Assembly (NCBI GenBank): GCA_004431415.1
Contig: QPMI01000482.1
Location: 1 to 64,000, forward strand
Length of the DNA stretch: 64,000 nt
Direction of reading: 5' to 3'
Source: Cyanophora paradoxa CCMP329
Taxonomy: Eukaryota > Plantae > Glaucophyta
The position numbers and the translations under genes were made by a program. The stretch's first letter is position 1, and each line of letters opens with the position of its first letter. Shown one piece after another: positions 1 to 14,100 of this stretch. The notes below the pieces were generated by a model. It made no database searches and was not told the DNA's origin. It was given only the letters and a program-made list of their open reading frames with translations.

Positions 1-220
1 GGCTCTCAGTAAACCTGCCAATGATGATCATGAGTTTGTCGTGCAGGGCATTCGAATTGCAGGGCCTGGCCCGCGGGACCTGCGGTGGCCAAATAATCGA
101 GGGACCCCCGGGCCTCGGACGTAATTCGAAGCCTTGAATCTTAGTTTAGTAAGTAAAGACTTCAAGAATCGTCCGACGGTCACTCGAGCTCAGTAACCAG
201 GCCACTTCCGAAGTTCTACC

Positions 221-306
221 GTAGTACTGGGCCAGGAAATTTAAACTCATAGGGCCACTCACTGAGTCAGTAACCACTAGTACTGGGCCAGCAAATTTAA
301 ACTCAT
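221..306 (+). repeat. Imperfect direct repeat of about 29 bp
   Basis: tagtactgggccag[g/c]aaatttaaactcat at 222 and 278, each downstream of tcagtaacca. Confidence 0.7.
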
Positions 307-988
307 GATCATGATAATGATTTGAACTTCAAGGCTTCGGAAAGCCTTCAAGGGCTTGAAGGTAGGTCTGCAATTATAATCATTAATATTAATTTTGAAT
401 TATATACGCTAGCTGTAGCGCTTGTGGCCGCTGGGGTAGCTGCAGGCTGGCGCATGGCGAAGCTTCGGAGTCCGACGGTCAACGTTAACGTCTCCCAAGT
501 CCCGATCCCGGGCCCTGCATGCGCAGCTGCCCATGAACTCGGAATCGTTTCAGCGGCGCCGGCTAGCTAGCTAGCTAGTATTATCTTTAAGCTTCTATTC
601 TTGCAATTGATTGGCCCATGGGCCAGTGGGAGGCTCTGACGGTTGTAATTAAACTGTCAACGCCGCAGTCAAAGAAAGCGAATGCAAATGTCATAACCAT
701 GATGTTTAGACAAATCTGCAGTGAGCCATTCAAGAAACCGAACCGACTCATCAGCGAGCTCTCTAAGCTACGCGCAATAGAACACTCGGTGCGCGCAACA
801 TATCGTTCCCGAGTGCACGGCTGCAGAAGTGGCGCTCGCCGCTCGGTGGCCGATCTCGGATCTGAGCTGCGGGCCGATGGGCGGCGGCGGCTCGCGCACG
901 GCGGCGGCGGCGCTCGAGCGGAGCCGGCGGGCCCGACGCGCGGGGCGGGAGGGATCGAAGACGAGGGTGCCGGCGACCAGCGCGAGCC

Positions 989-2055
<1,067 letters not shown>

Positions 2056-2999
2056 GCTCGCCAGGGCGGATCGGCGCGCCGGAGACTTGATTACGGTAGG
2101 CTCGGCTGCAGGCGCACAAATTCGACCACGACGCGCAGGTCCCAAGCCTGTACCCTGGTCCCAAGCTCCCAGGGGTATGTGGTATTTTAGGGTTCGAAAA
2201 ACAACGCAAAAATATGTGAATGTATGCAGGGTGAAGCGGGTTAATTTATATAATTTAATCACCCACATATATATATATATATGTTGGTCTATGAATTAAA
2301 GCTGATAATGTATATGCATATATATATGTTAACATTTTAATTATATACGAACAGTACATATATATTGTGAACAATTGATTTAACTTCTAATTATAGGTAT
2401 ATATATATAGACAAACAGAACATTAAATATGAACTCAAATAAATAGCAGATGCGTGTTCGTTGCCGAACCGCGCAGTATGCTTATGGCCAGTTCCGGATC
2501 CATCGATCGACGTCTTCGGCAATTTGCAAACCCAGCGCTAGCGCCTCGATATCGATCGAATTCGAAACTAGCTCGATCGCGACATCGACGTAACATCGAT
2601 ATCGATATCGCAGGATTCGCAGCGGCCCATGGCCAGCGCTAGCGCTAGCGCAAATTAACATCAAGATTAATCAACATTAAATCGCCCGAGTTCCTCAAGG
2701 AGATAGCGCTTCAAAATTCCATTGGGATTGGGGGTGAAGACCGTGAAGCTTAAGAGCGTCACGCATGCTCGTTGCGCATGCGCCGCGGCGGGGCGCCGGC
2801 CGAGCGGGCCCGGCGGGGAGCCGAAGAGGGAGCGCTACCCGGGAAGAGCAGCAGCTGCAGGAGGCGCAGAGCGATCCCACGCGCCGCGCGCACGCGTGGA
2901 CGTCTTCTTAACTTCAATTGCAAAAGCTTAGGAGGGCAGCGGCCTAGGAGCTGGAGCCGCGGGTTTGAGTTCGCCGAGCTGCGGCGTCGCAGCTGCGAT

Positions 3000-5900
3000 A
3001 TGGCCGCCGCGCGGGCCACGGAGGCCCCGCGATCCCTGGCGCCATCACAAGCTGCCCCTTTCAAGATAGGCGAGAGGGGGAGAGCATTCGCACACTCGGC
3101 GCTGGACCGGCGCGGGAGCACGGGATCCGCGCATGGCGGCGTGGCGGTGACAGGAAGGCGGTCGTCTCTGGGCTCGGTTAGCGTGGCTTTCAACGTCTTG
3201 GTTGCATTCAGCCTCTCAGTTGCATTCCCAGATGCGAGGAAGCAGCACTGGGCGGCCAGCGGCCAGGAGGAAGCCTGAGGAGCCCGTGCTTGTGCATCTG
3301 AACGATGCAGAATCGAACAGGAACGCTAAGCACTGCAGCAACTTCATCCGGACGAGCAAGTACAAGGGTCCGCCCTTCGCTCTGCTCCGGCGCATGCCTT
3401 TTGGCCCATTCGCTTCCCTTCGAGCTCACGCGGATCCGCGCAGCGTGGAATTTCCTGCCAAAGAACCTTTTCGATCAGTTCCGAAGGTTAGCCCACTGCT
3501 GGCGGCTCGCCGCGCCCCCGCCGCGTGTGACAGACCCCGAACTCACAATGCCGCGTTGCAGAATAGCGAACTGTGAGCACCTCTCTCTATTTCGATTGCT
3601 GTCAAATGAGTGAGATTGATCGTGCGCAGTCTACTTCCTCGTCGTTTTCCTGATACAGCTTGGTTCGTGCCCCGCGCGTGCTCGAATTCTTGTACGCGGC
3701 ATAGGCGCTTCTCACGGTCTCGCGCAGTGCCCGGGCTGTCTCCAATTAGTGCCTGGTCTTCCCTTGCGCCGCTGGTGGCGGTTCTCGCGGCGGGAGCGGT
3801 GCAGAATTTGATCTCGCAGGCGAAAAGTGGCGCATCGTTAAGGGGGCGCGCGCGCAGGTCAAGGAGGGAATTGAGGACTACAGGAGGCATCAAGGTTCGA
3901 GCTCAAGCCAATCTAGAGCCGCGACGTTCGCTGACGCTTCGCTCCCCCAGCTGACAACCAGGCGAACACCGGACGGTGCCTTGGAGCCCCGCGCATACAT
4001 CCTTAATCGCCCCGCCGATCCCCGGGGCAGGTTTCGGGTTCTGCGGGCGCCGGAGGGCGGCGGGGCGCCGTCGCTGCGCTGGGTGCTCTCGAAGGACATC
4101 GTCGTGGGGGACATTGTGGTGGTGGGGAAGGGCCAGGGCGTCCCCTGCGACCTCGTCCTCCTTAGCAGCAGCATGCCCGACGGCAGCTGCTTCGTCGAGA
4201 CCAGCAACCTCGACGGGTGCCGCCCTCCGCCGCCCCTGCGCCCGGCCGCCCCCGCGCCGCGGCGTGGCGCTCAACGTGGGGCGGGGCGGGCAGGGAGAGC
4301 AACCTGAAGCAGAAGCAGTGCCCGACGGAGACGGCGCCGCTGCGGACGGTGGCCGACCTCTGGCAGCTGCGCGGCGTCGTCTCCTGCGAGCAGCCAAGCA
4401 CGGACCTCTACCGTCCGCCCCGCCCCGCCGCCCCCGCGCCCCCAGCGCCGCCCCGCTGACCCCCCGGCGCCAGGCTTCGACGGCTCGATGAGCATCCTGC
4501 AGGGGGGCGGCCCGAGCCAGAGCGGCCTCCCCTCCACCACCTCGCGCCGCGCCGTGCCCCTCGGGCCCAAGCAGCTGCTCCTGCGCGTGCGCCGCCCCGG
4601 GCCGCCCCGCGCTCCCCGCCCGCCGACGCGCGCCGCTGCGCAGGGCGTGACGGTGCAGAACACGCGCTGGGCGGCCGGCATCGCCGTCTACGCCGGCCGC
4701 CACACGAAGCTCAGCCTGAACCAGAAGGTGCTGTACCCCGCCAGGCCCGCGCCGCCGCCCGCCGCCCCCGGTCTCGAATCTCGGGGGCGCAGATGTCGAG
4801 CGTGAAGATCTCGCGCACCGACAAGCGCCTGAACCGCTACATAGTCTACATTTTCGTCCTGCAGGCGCCCACCCCCCGGTCCCCGCGCGGCGCCCGTACG
4901 CCCCTTACCTCCCCCAAGATCTCCCTCTGCGTCATCGCGGGGATCGTGTCGGGGGTCATCCACAAGCACGCGGATCAGCAGTGGTATCTCGGGTACCAGC
5001 CCTGGAGCCAGAAGTGGGCCGACTGGTACGCAGCGGCCTTCGCCCGTGCTGGGAAGCCTTCGGGGCGGCTCACGGGCGGGGGTCGCAGGGCCCACGGGCT
5101 CTTCCACGTCCTCAGCTACTTCATTCTGGTGCAGGCCATCATCCCGATCAGCCTGTGCGCCCCGCGCGCCTTCCTTTTCCCGCGGGCGTGGGGCCGAGGC
5201 GGGGGCGGCAGGATCGTGTCGCTGGAGATCGTGCGGGTGTGGCACGTGGCGTTCATGCAGTGGGACTCGCACATGCGGCTGGACCGCAACGACGAGTCCA
5301 CCGGCATGCGCTGCAAGACCAGCAACCTCACCGTCCGCCCCCGCCCTGCCCCCTTCCCGCCCCTTCCCCGTGCCCTCGGTCTCGAGCGGGGGGCGGGGCC
5401 CCGCTTCGCTCGCAGGATGAGCTGGGGCACGTGGAGCACATCTTCTCGGACAAGACGGGGACCCTCACGGAGAACCGGATGGTCTTCGTGCGCTGCGCGG
5501 TGCCGCGGCCCGACGGCGGCGGCATGGACTCGTTCGACGAGCGCGGGGCGCGCAACCTCGCCGCCGCCGTCGCCGCGAGCCACGCCGGCGCCCGCGAGCT
5601 CCTCGCCCTGATGAGCGTCTGCCACGCCGTCGTCCCCGAGCGGAGCGGGCGCGACGCCAACCAGCTCGACGAGCCGGACGCGGCGCTCCCCGCGCGGACG
5701 CCCCCCGCGCCCCCCGCCGAGGGCTCCGTCATCGTCCTCCCCGTCGTCCAGCGCACCGGCCTCGCGCGCTCCTTCAAGAAGGCCGTCGCCCCCGTGCCGC
5801 CGGCCGCCGCCGCCGCCAGCCTCGGGCCCGAAGTGTCCGAGGACGAGGACGCCCCCGTGACTTACGCCGCCCAGTCCCCCGACGAGGCCGCCCTCGTCAA

Positions 5901-8900
5901 GGCCCGCCCCCGCCCCCCCGCCCCGCCCGGTCCTCCGCCGAGCGCTGAGTGTTGTCGCGCGGCAGGGCGCGGCGGCGGCGGGGTACGTCCTCAAGAGGCG
6001 CACGCAGGAGGTCATCACCGTGAACATCAAGGGTGCGATGGGGAGGGCGCGGGGGCGGATCGCGCCCTCGGGTCCGTCCTGAGGCGGGGCGGGGCGGGCA
6101 GGGCGGGACGAGGAGGTGGCGGTGCTGGCGACGCTCGAGTTCACGCCGGAGCGCAAGCGCATGTCCATCCTCGTCCGCCGCGCCGGTGCGCCCCGCCCCG
6201 CCCCGCAAGAGGACTCGTATTCCGAGAGGGTCGCGGCCCCACCTGCGCCTTCAAGAAGCCCGAGGCCGGCCGCCTCTGAGCGGCTCGTCGGGGGCGCGCA
6301 GGGCGGGTGCAGCTGCTCTCCAAGGGGGCGGACGTGGCGATGCTGGGGCGGCTCTCGCCGGACGAGCGCGCCAAGGAGGCCGTCGCGGCGCTCACCGAGT
6401 TCAGCGAGGCCGGCCTCCGCACCCTCGTCTTCGCCGCGCGCGAGGTCCCCGAGGCCGAGTACGAGGCCTGGCGCCCCGGCTGGGAGGAGGCCGAGGCCGC
6501 CATCGGGGACCGCGAGGAGCGCATGGGGGCGGCCTTCGACGAGCTGGAGAAGGGGATGCGGCTCGTGGGGTGCACGGGCGTCGAGGACCAGCTCCAGGCC
6601 GACGTCCCCGCCACCGTCGCCTACCTCCGCCGCGCCGGCATCGTCATCTGGCTCCTCACCGGTCCCTTCCCCCCTCGCCCTCTCCTCTCTTTTCCTTACC
6701 CCGGGGTCCAGGCGACAAGCAGGAGACGGCCGTGAACGTCGGCTTCGCCGCCGAGCTGCTCCACCGCGACATGGACATCTTCACGATCGTGCGCGCGAAG
6801 CGACGAGCGCGAGGGCGGCGCGCCCCGCCCCTCGCCGACGCCGCCTCCGCCGCGCCGCAGAACGCGGGGGACGAGGCGGAGTGCCGGAAGCAGCTGCAGG
6901 ACGCGGCGCGGGCGCTGGAGCGGACGGCCTCGCTGGAGCGGGCGGTGGCGGGGCGGCAGGTCGAGGCGGGCGAGGCCGGCGCGCAGGCGGCCCCCGCCGG
7001 CCCCGCCGTCCGCCTCGTCGACACCGAGTCCGAGGGCGGCAGCCCGTGCGCCACCCGCCCCCTCGCCCCCCCGCCCCCCGCCGCGCCTCCCCTCGCCGAC
7101 CGCCCTCCTCGCAGGATGGTCACGCGGCGCCCGGCGGGGGCGGGGGCGGGGAAGCCGCGGGTGCGGGAGCGGGCGCTGGTGATCGACGGGGCGACCCTCT
7201 CGATCGCGCTGGAACGGCACCGCGAGCTCCTGCAGGTCCGTCCCGCCGCAGCTGCCGCGACCCGAGCCCGCCGCCCCATCGCACGCGACGAGCCCGGCGG
7301 ATCCAGCGCCCCGCGTTTAGCGTCGAGCTCCAGCGCCGCATCTCGCGACCGTGTCGCATTTCAAGGTCTGACGCGGGCGTGCGCGCCTCCTGGCCGGCAG
7401 GGGGCGTGCTCGGCGTGCGCGGCCGTCATCTGCTGCCGCGTCTCCCCGCTCCAGAAGGCCCTCGTCGTCTCCCTCGTCAAGAATTCCTCCCGCAAGGTCC
7501 GCCCGCCCCGCCCGCCCTCCTTAAGCCATCCAGCCTCTTTAGTCTCTTATTGTAAGAGAAAGGAAAGGATACCTTCTATACCTTGCACTTCGACGCATTA
7601 GATCTCTTAATCTGTTAGGCCCATCCGGCCCCCGCCTGGACCCGCCTTGTCCTGCGTGGTCCCTCATCGTGAAGGAAGCAGCGTTTGACCTCTCGGTGCC
7701 TCGTCAGGTCTGCCTGGCGATCGGGGACGGGGCGAACGACGTGTCGATGATCCAGGAGGCGGACGTGGGGATCGGGATCATCGGGCGCGAGGGCTCCCAG
7801 GCCGCCCGCGCCTCGTGCGCCCCCGCCCCTCCACCCATCCCCTCTCCTAGACGCCCCTCTTCAAGCCTCCCGAAGTCTGTTCGGCAACCGGGCTCTCGCC
7901 CTCCTCCTCCTTCCCCTCCTCTGGCGCCCCGCCTCACGGGCGCCGGGCAGGGACTACGCGATCCACGAGTTCCGGCACCTGCGGCGGCTGCTGTGCGTGC
8001 ACGGCCGCTACAACTACCTCCGCGTCGCCCACCTCCTCAACTACTGCTTCTACAAGGTCCGCCCCGCACCTTCCCCGCCTCCCTCGCCCCGCTGCCCGCG
8101 CACCGTCTCCCCCGCCCGCCGCCGCCGGGCCTCACGCCCCCCCCCGCAGAACCTCGTCTGGGTGCTGCCCCAGTTCTGGTACCTCATCTTCTGCCAGGCG
8201 CGCCCCGCCCCTCGCCCCTCCCTCCCCTCCCCGCCCCGCACTGAGCGGCGGGGCAGGCCTCGGCGCAGACCCTCTACGACGACTGGCTGGCGGCGCCGCT
8301 GAACCTCGTCTACACGGCGCTGAGTCCCATCCTCGTCGCCGTCTTCGACCGGGACGCCCCCGCGCAGGCCATCCAGGAGGTCCGCCCCCGCCCCGGGGGG
8401 CAGCCCCTCGCCAAGCGGCCCCTCTGAACTCGGGGGGGGGGGGCAGCACCCGGAGCTGTACCGGCGCATGCAGAGCGACTCGCACTTCAACATGCGCACG
8501 CTGGCCGCCTGGTACGCCTCCGCCCTCTGGCACTCCCTCGGTCCGCCCCCCCGCCTCCTCCCCCTCCCCCCTCGCCCTCTTCGCTTGGGCGCCGAACCCG
8601 CCCGCCTTGCGTCCGCAGTGGGCTTCTTCGGGACGGTGCTGCTCTTCGGGGGGAGCGGGGAGGTGCTCTCCCCTGACGGCCGCTCCGCCGACCAGGTCCC
8701 CCGCCCCCGTGCCCCCCTCTCGCCTCCCCGGCAGCCGCCTCACTCCCCGCGCCCCCGCAGAACGTGCTCGGCCTCGTCGCCGCCACCCTCGTCGTCCTCA
8801 TCCTCCTCGGCAAGTCCGCCCTCGAGACGCGGTCCGCGCCCCCTCTTTTCCCCGCCCTCCCCCCGCCCCTCCCTCACCCTCGTGCGCGTCGGCGCAGGCT

Positions 8901-9577
8901 GTGGAACATCCTGCACGTGCTGGGCATCGCCCTCGGGCTGGGCGGCTTCTTCGTCTGGGCCGCCATCCTCAACCGCACCACCTCGTTCAACTCGGACTTC
9001 ACGAACGCGCCCGGCATCGGCTGGTCCCTCGGCCCCTGCTGGCTCTGGCTGCCCCTCGGATTCGTCGCCGCCCTCCTCCCCGACGTCGCCGCCAAGTAGT
9101 GCGCCACCCCCTCCCCCCCCCTCCTTTTCCTTCCTTTTCTGACGGGCCGGCGTGCGCGCCTGCGTGCGCAGCGCGTCGCGCGCGGTGGCGCCGCAGGACT
9201 GGCAGGTGGCGCAGGAGCGCGCCCTCGTGCCGGAGATGCTGAACGGCTCGGTGCGGGCCCTGGCCACCTCCAACTCGCACTCGGTCTCCGCCTCGACCCC
9301 GCTGCCGGCCACGGGCTCGACGAGCAACTCGACCTCGTCGCGCTGGTTCAACATGAACGAGCGCCACCGCGTCACCCCGCTCGCCTCGGTCGCCGTCATC
9401 CCGCCCATGTCGGGCTCGGGCCCCGCGGAGATCGTGCCGGCGCCGTCGGCGAGCAGCACGAGCCGGCGGGTGGTGTCGACGGGGGCGCCCCCGCACCACG
9501 CCGGCCGCATCGCCTCCGACCTCTCCCTCGAGGGCGGCCACGCCATCCGCCCCTTCTCCTTCGTCTCCCACCGCTGA
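3000..9577 (+). CDS. P4-type ATPase, phospholipid flippase (ALA/Drs2/ATP8-like), multi-exon
   Basis: Exons encode [26 protein letters not shown]|[31 protein letters not shown] (phosphorylated Asp near 5449), [63 protein letters not shown]. Start ATG approximate. Confidence 0.93.
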
Positions 9578-10069
9578 CCCCGGCCCCCTTCCTCCCTTCC
9601 TTCCTTCCTCTTTCGTCACCCGCTTAACACCCCCTTCCTGTTAAGTACTCTAGCAACCGGCAACCGGCCAAAGGCTGCGGACGCTGGTCCCCGTCCGGGG
9701 CGGCGCCTGCTCGTCTAAGCAACCTAAGTACATATATCTACTTTACAGATAGCATTTCAACCATAATTGTTCAGTGCGTGTTTCACATGACAACAGTAAG
9801 CTTGTTCCCCGCATTTCCCCTGCATTTTAGCGATCGGCGTGTTGCATGCCCCATGCACTGCGAGGCCCTCGGGCGTCCGGATCCATTGCAGGAGAAGAAC
9901 TTCAATTAACGCACTACAATGCTACCTAGCTAGCACTACAGGAGAGAAAGAAGAACACTGTCCGGAAACAAGATGCGGTTGGGGGGGAGTCCGGCGGACG
10001 CGGAGAAAAGGATTCCGCCCGAAAGAAAGGTTCACCACCGCTGGCTGAAAGCCGGCATAAAGCTCCCGT

Positions 10070-11069
10070 CTAGTAGCCGCCCGAGGGCCCGCTCATCATG
10101 AGCTGCGCGCCGGGAGAGGTTGGCGTCGGCGCGGCGTCGGAGGGGCGCGCGGGGCGCGGGCGGGCGCACGTGGATGCGCGAGGCGTCGGAGACGACGTCG
10201 ACCTCCTGATAGCGGCCGAGGAGGGAGCACACGATGCCGTGGGCGCAGGTGGAGAGCATGTAGAGGAAGATAGCGTTGAACATCATCTTCTGGGTCATGC
10301 CCGTCTCGATCGCCTTGGGCACGAAGCGGATGACCTGGCCCCAGATGGTGAGGAAGATGTGGCAGAGCATGCCCTGCATGGCGTAGAAGCGAATGAAGTG
10401 GTTGATCTTCGGGTTGCGGACGACGAGCATGTACAGGCCGAGGAAGATGAACATGGACGAGAGGGGGAAGCCGAAATAGATGTTGATGATCGGCGAGAGC
10501 ACATTGAGCGGGCCGCGCCAGATCGGGAACTCCTTGAAGATGTACTTGCCGAACATCAAGCCCTCGACGAAGGGCAGCATGAAGAAGGTGGTGGAGATCA
10601 ACCGCGCGCGAATACCGATCTTCTTCGGGTCCGTGATATCATAGCGACCGTACGAGAGGTCCCGCTCCGCGCGGACGATCTGAGACGAAGGCGCCGGAGA
10701 CCGCCTCGTGCTGAGCTGCAGGCACGCAGACAGCACTGATCTTATGGAGCCCTGGAAGGCATCTGCGTGCGCCGGGAGTGCAGGATCAGCGGGGCGGCGT
10801 GGCTGTGGGCTGGCCGAGCGGGCCGGCGAGATTCTTTCGCAGTGAGAGGGGCGGTTCGCGCGCGGCGCACCGGACTGGAAGAAGCCGACCTTCGTCGAAG
10901 CCGCGCCCGCGAAAGACCGCGGAAGCGCCTCGCGTGCCTGCTGCTGACGGATAGGGGTCTCCGCCGGGCGGGAGCTGTGCTGGCAGGCGAAGCTACGAGC
11001 TGCGGGCCGGAGAACGACCGCGCCGGAGCTGCTGGCGACCACCGGGGCACACGCGAACGCCTCCATCAT
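10070..11069 (-). CDS. TIC20: Tic20/Ycf60-like plastid inner-envelope protein import channel, with transit peptide
   Basis: Ser/Ala/Arg-rich N-terminus MMEAFACAPVV...; four hydrophobic segments with FFMLPFVEGLMFG, FLGLYMLVVRNPKINHFIRFYAMQG and SLLGRYQEVDVVSDA typical of Tic20; last exon LMMSGPSGGY*. Confidence 0.8.
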
Positions 11070-11153
11070 CCACTTTTTTTCGTGCCGGCCGGGTACAAGA
11101 CTTCCGGGATCGGCTAGCTATCAGTGTACAACCCACCCGAGCAGCAACGGCGA

Positions 11154-14100
11154 ATGCCGAGCTACGGGGCTCCTCTAGACGGGGGGCCTCGCTTGGCTTT
11201 CTCGCTTTTCGCTGGAACGTTGGCGGTCCCGCTCGCCGGCACAAGAGCAGGCGTACAGCGTCCCCGCGCGTTCGCCGTCTCTCCTGTAGCGGCAGACGGC
11301 GTGTATGGACAATGCCACGCTCGGTCGTCGGGCGCGGCGGCAGCGGCTATGCGGCCCAGCCCCGTTACCCCCGTCACCAGCAGGAGCGGCGCGCGGTTCG
11401 AGTCCAAGATCGTCAAGCGCTTCTTGGGAGCGGCCGTGAGGCCCGCGGTCCGTCCCTCGGCCGCGCGGCCCGTGCTACGGAGACTGCATGAAAGACATGC
11501 CCCGAGGCCTCCGTGGACCGTGGAGGGCGTACGTGCAGTCCTCGGGAGCGTTCTGGCGCTGGTTCCTGCCTCTGCGCCGTCCCTGGCCTTCGGCTGCCTC
11601 GCGGCTGCGGCTGCCTTTGGCGCGTCCTCTCTCCCATGCGTCCGCGTTGAGGGCACGCTGACCCTACGCGGCAGCGGCGAGGAGGGTTTTCAAGCAGAGC
11701 GGACAGGAAAGCCTAGAGAAGCAGGGACCGCTCGCCCAGCGCCTGCTCGCCATTCACCAGGCGATCTCCGACCTTGACCTTAAGAAGCTGGTGCGGAGCT
11801 CCGACCTCGGCCCGCACGCGGTCCGCGCTCCTCCGCTCACGCCGCGCATGCAGGCGCCCGTCGTCGTCATGTACTTTTGTATTCTCCTCGCCTTCACGAT
11901 GATCCGCGACATCAAGGACGTGCTCGTCGGTGCGCCGCGCTTCCTTCTTTTCCTTTCCTTTCCCCCGGTCTCCCCATGCCCTCGAATGACACGCGGCAGT
12001 GACGGCCCCTTTCTCCGGCGCGGAGGCCATCCCTTTCCTCCGCACGTGGATAGTCGTCCCCATGGCTTTCCTTTCCATGATTGTCTACAACCGCCTGGCC
12101 GACTACATCTCCCAGGATAAGGTCCTTTGCCGTCCATTTCCCCTACTCCATACCCCCGTAGTCACCGCTTTCGGCGCAGCTCTTCCTCTACACTCTCGTA
12201 CCCTTTCTCATCTGGTTCACTGGCTTCGCCTACGTCCTCTACCCCCTCCGAAGCCGCGTCCACCCCCTCGCCCTCGCCCAGTGGATCCACGCCCACTTCC
12301 CCCCCGGCCCAGCAACAGGTACCCTTTGTTTGACATCCTCACCCCTTTCTGGACGTGATCCCGTGCACCCGCAGCGCTCGCCATCCTCGCCAGCTGGTCC
12401 TTTGTACTTTTCTACCTTTCATCCGAGCTCTGGGGCTCCCTCATCCTCTCTGTCGGCTTCTGGGGCTTCATGTACCCCTCCCGCACCCCCGTACCCCCTC
12501 CCGTCGCTGACCGGCGTGCGCCAGGAACCAAATTTTCTCTGTGCGGGAGGCGAAGCGGGTGTACCCCATCCTGGGGATCGTTTGTGCGCGGGCGGGGGCG
12601 GCCGCGGGGCCGCTGGAGCGCTGACGGGGGCCCTCGCGTGGCAGCGAACATCCCGGCGCTCTTCTTCGGGGGCCTCATCGTGAAGCAGCTCTCGCACGAG
12701 GGCGGCCAGGGCGAGGCCGCCTTCAGCCTCGCCCTCATGAAGATGATGGCCGTCGTCATAGGCGCCCGCCCCGCCCTCCCCCGCTCGCCCTCCACCCCTG
12801 AGCCCCTCCCCCGCAGCCTGCGGCGTCGTCACCATGGGCTGCTTCTACATCACGTCCCGCCAGGCGCGCTCCGCACCCTCTCCCGCGTTCGCAAAGCCGG
12901 AGCGAGCGTGTGCCCCCACAGACGAAGGAGCTGCGGCGGGAGCGGCTCATCGCGGCGGACCTGGCGGCGAAATGCCTGGGCGACAACTGCGAGGAGGAGG
13001 AGAGGGCGAGGGAAGAGGAGGAGCGGAAGAAGAAGGAGAAGAAGAAGCAGCTGACGTTCCGGGAGTCGGCGACCTTCATCGCGCAGTCCCCCTACCTCCG
13101 CAACATGGCCATCCTCGTCGTCATGTACAACCTCTCCGTCCAGGTGCCAGCCCCGCACCGAGCGCCCGCCCCGCCCCGCCCCCCGCACCCCTCTTCCCAA
13201 CCCGCCCCGCCCCGCCCCGCCCCGCCCCGCGAAGCTCGTCGAGACATTCTGGAAGCACCTGGTGAAGACGATGTACCCCGACCCGGGGCGCTTCAGCCGG
13301 TACATGGGCAACGTCGAGGTGGTGCGCGGCCCCGGTCCTCTCCAATGCCTCCCGCCCACGCCCCGCGCCCACGCCCCGCGCCCCAGTGGACCGCGGCGGC
13401 CGCCGTCATCTCCGCCGGCTCCTCGGCCTTCCTCATGCCCCGGGTACCCCTCCCGCTCGCCCCCCCGCCCCCCTCTCGAACGCCCTCCCCGCAGCTGCCG
13501 TGGCGCTTCAACGCGAACGTCACGCCGGCCCTCACGCTCGTCCTCGGCGCCGTCTTCATGTTCCTCTTCCTCTTCCGGAACCTCATCCCCGTACCCCCCG
13601 CCCCGCCTCGAGGGCGCGCGTACCCCGGGCCGACGTGCGCGGGGGTGCAGGCGGCGGCCGTCGGGGCGCTCGGGGGCTCGCCGCTGATGGCCGCCGGCGC
13701 GGTGGGCACCTTCTACCTCGCCGTGACTCACGCCGTCAAGTACTCCTTCTTCGACGTGACGAAGGAGATGGTGCCGGCGGGCCCCTCCCCGCGCCCCCCT
13801 CGCCGCCCCCACAGCCCCCCCCCCCCCCCCCCTCCCAAGGTCTTCATCCCCCTCGACCAGGAGAGCAAGTCCAAGGGCAAGGCGGCGATTGACGTGCTGG
13901 GTACTCGCTCCCCCTCCCGCCTGCCCTGCGGTCCCCCTCGCCGACGGCACCCCGCCCGCAGGCCAGACGCTGGGCAAGTCCGGCGGCGCCATCCTGCTGC
14001 AGGTCCGCCGCACGCCGCGCGCCCCCGCGTGTTCTCTCGCCCAACCTTCCCTGCACGCCCCAGGGCCTTGTCGTCCTCTTCGGTTCGTTCGACAACGCCT

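Noticed and set aside
2200-2440. AT-rich (TA)n island as a transposon remnant
   Set aside because: No terminal repeats, target duplication or coding remnant; more simply promoter or microsatellite DNA between divergent genes.
2454-2660. Cloning-vector polylinker contamination
   Set aside because: The same palindrome texture recurs in many spacers in different orders and no vector backbone is seen.
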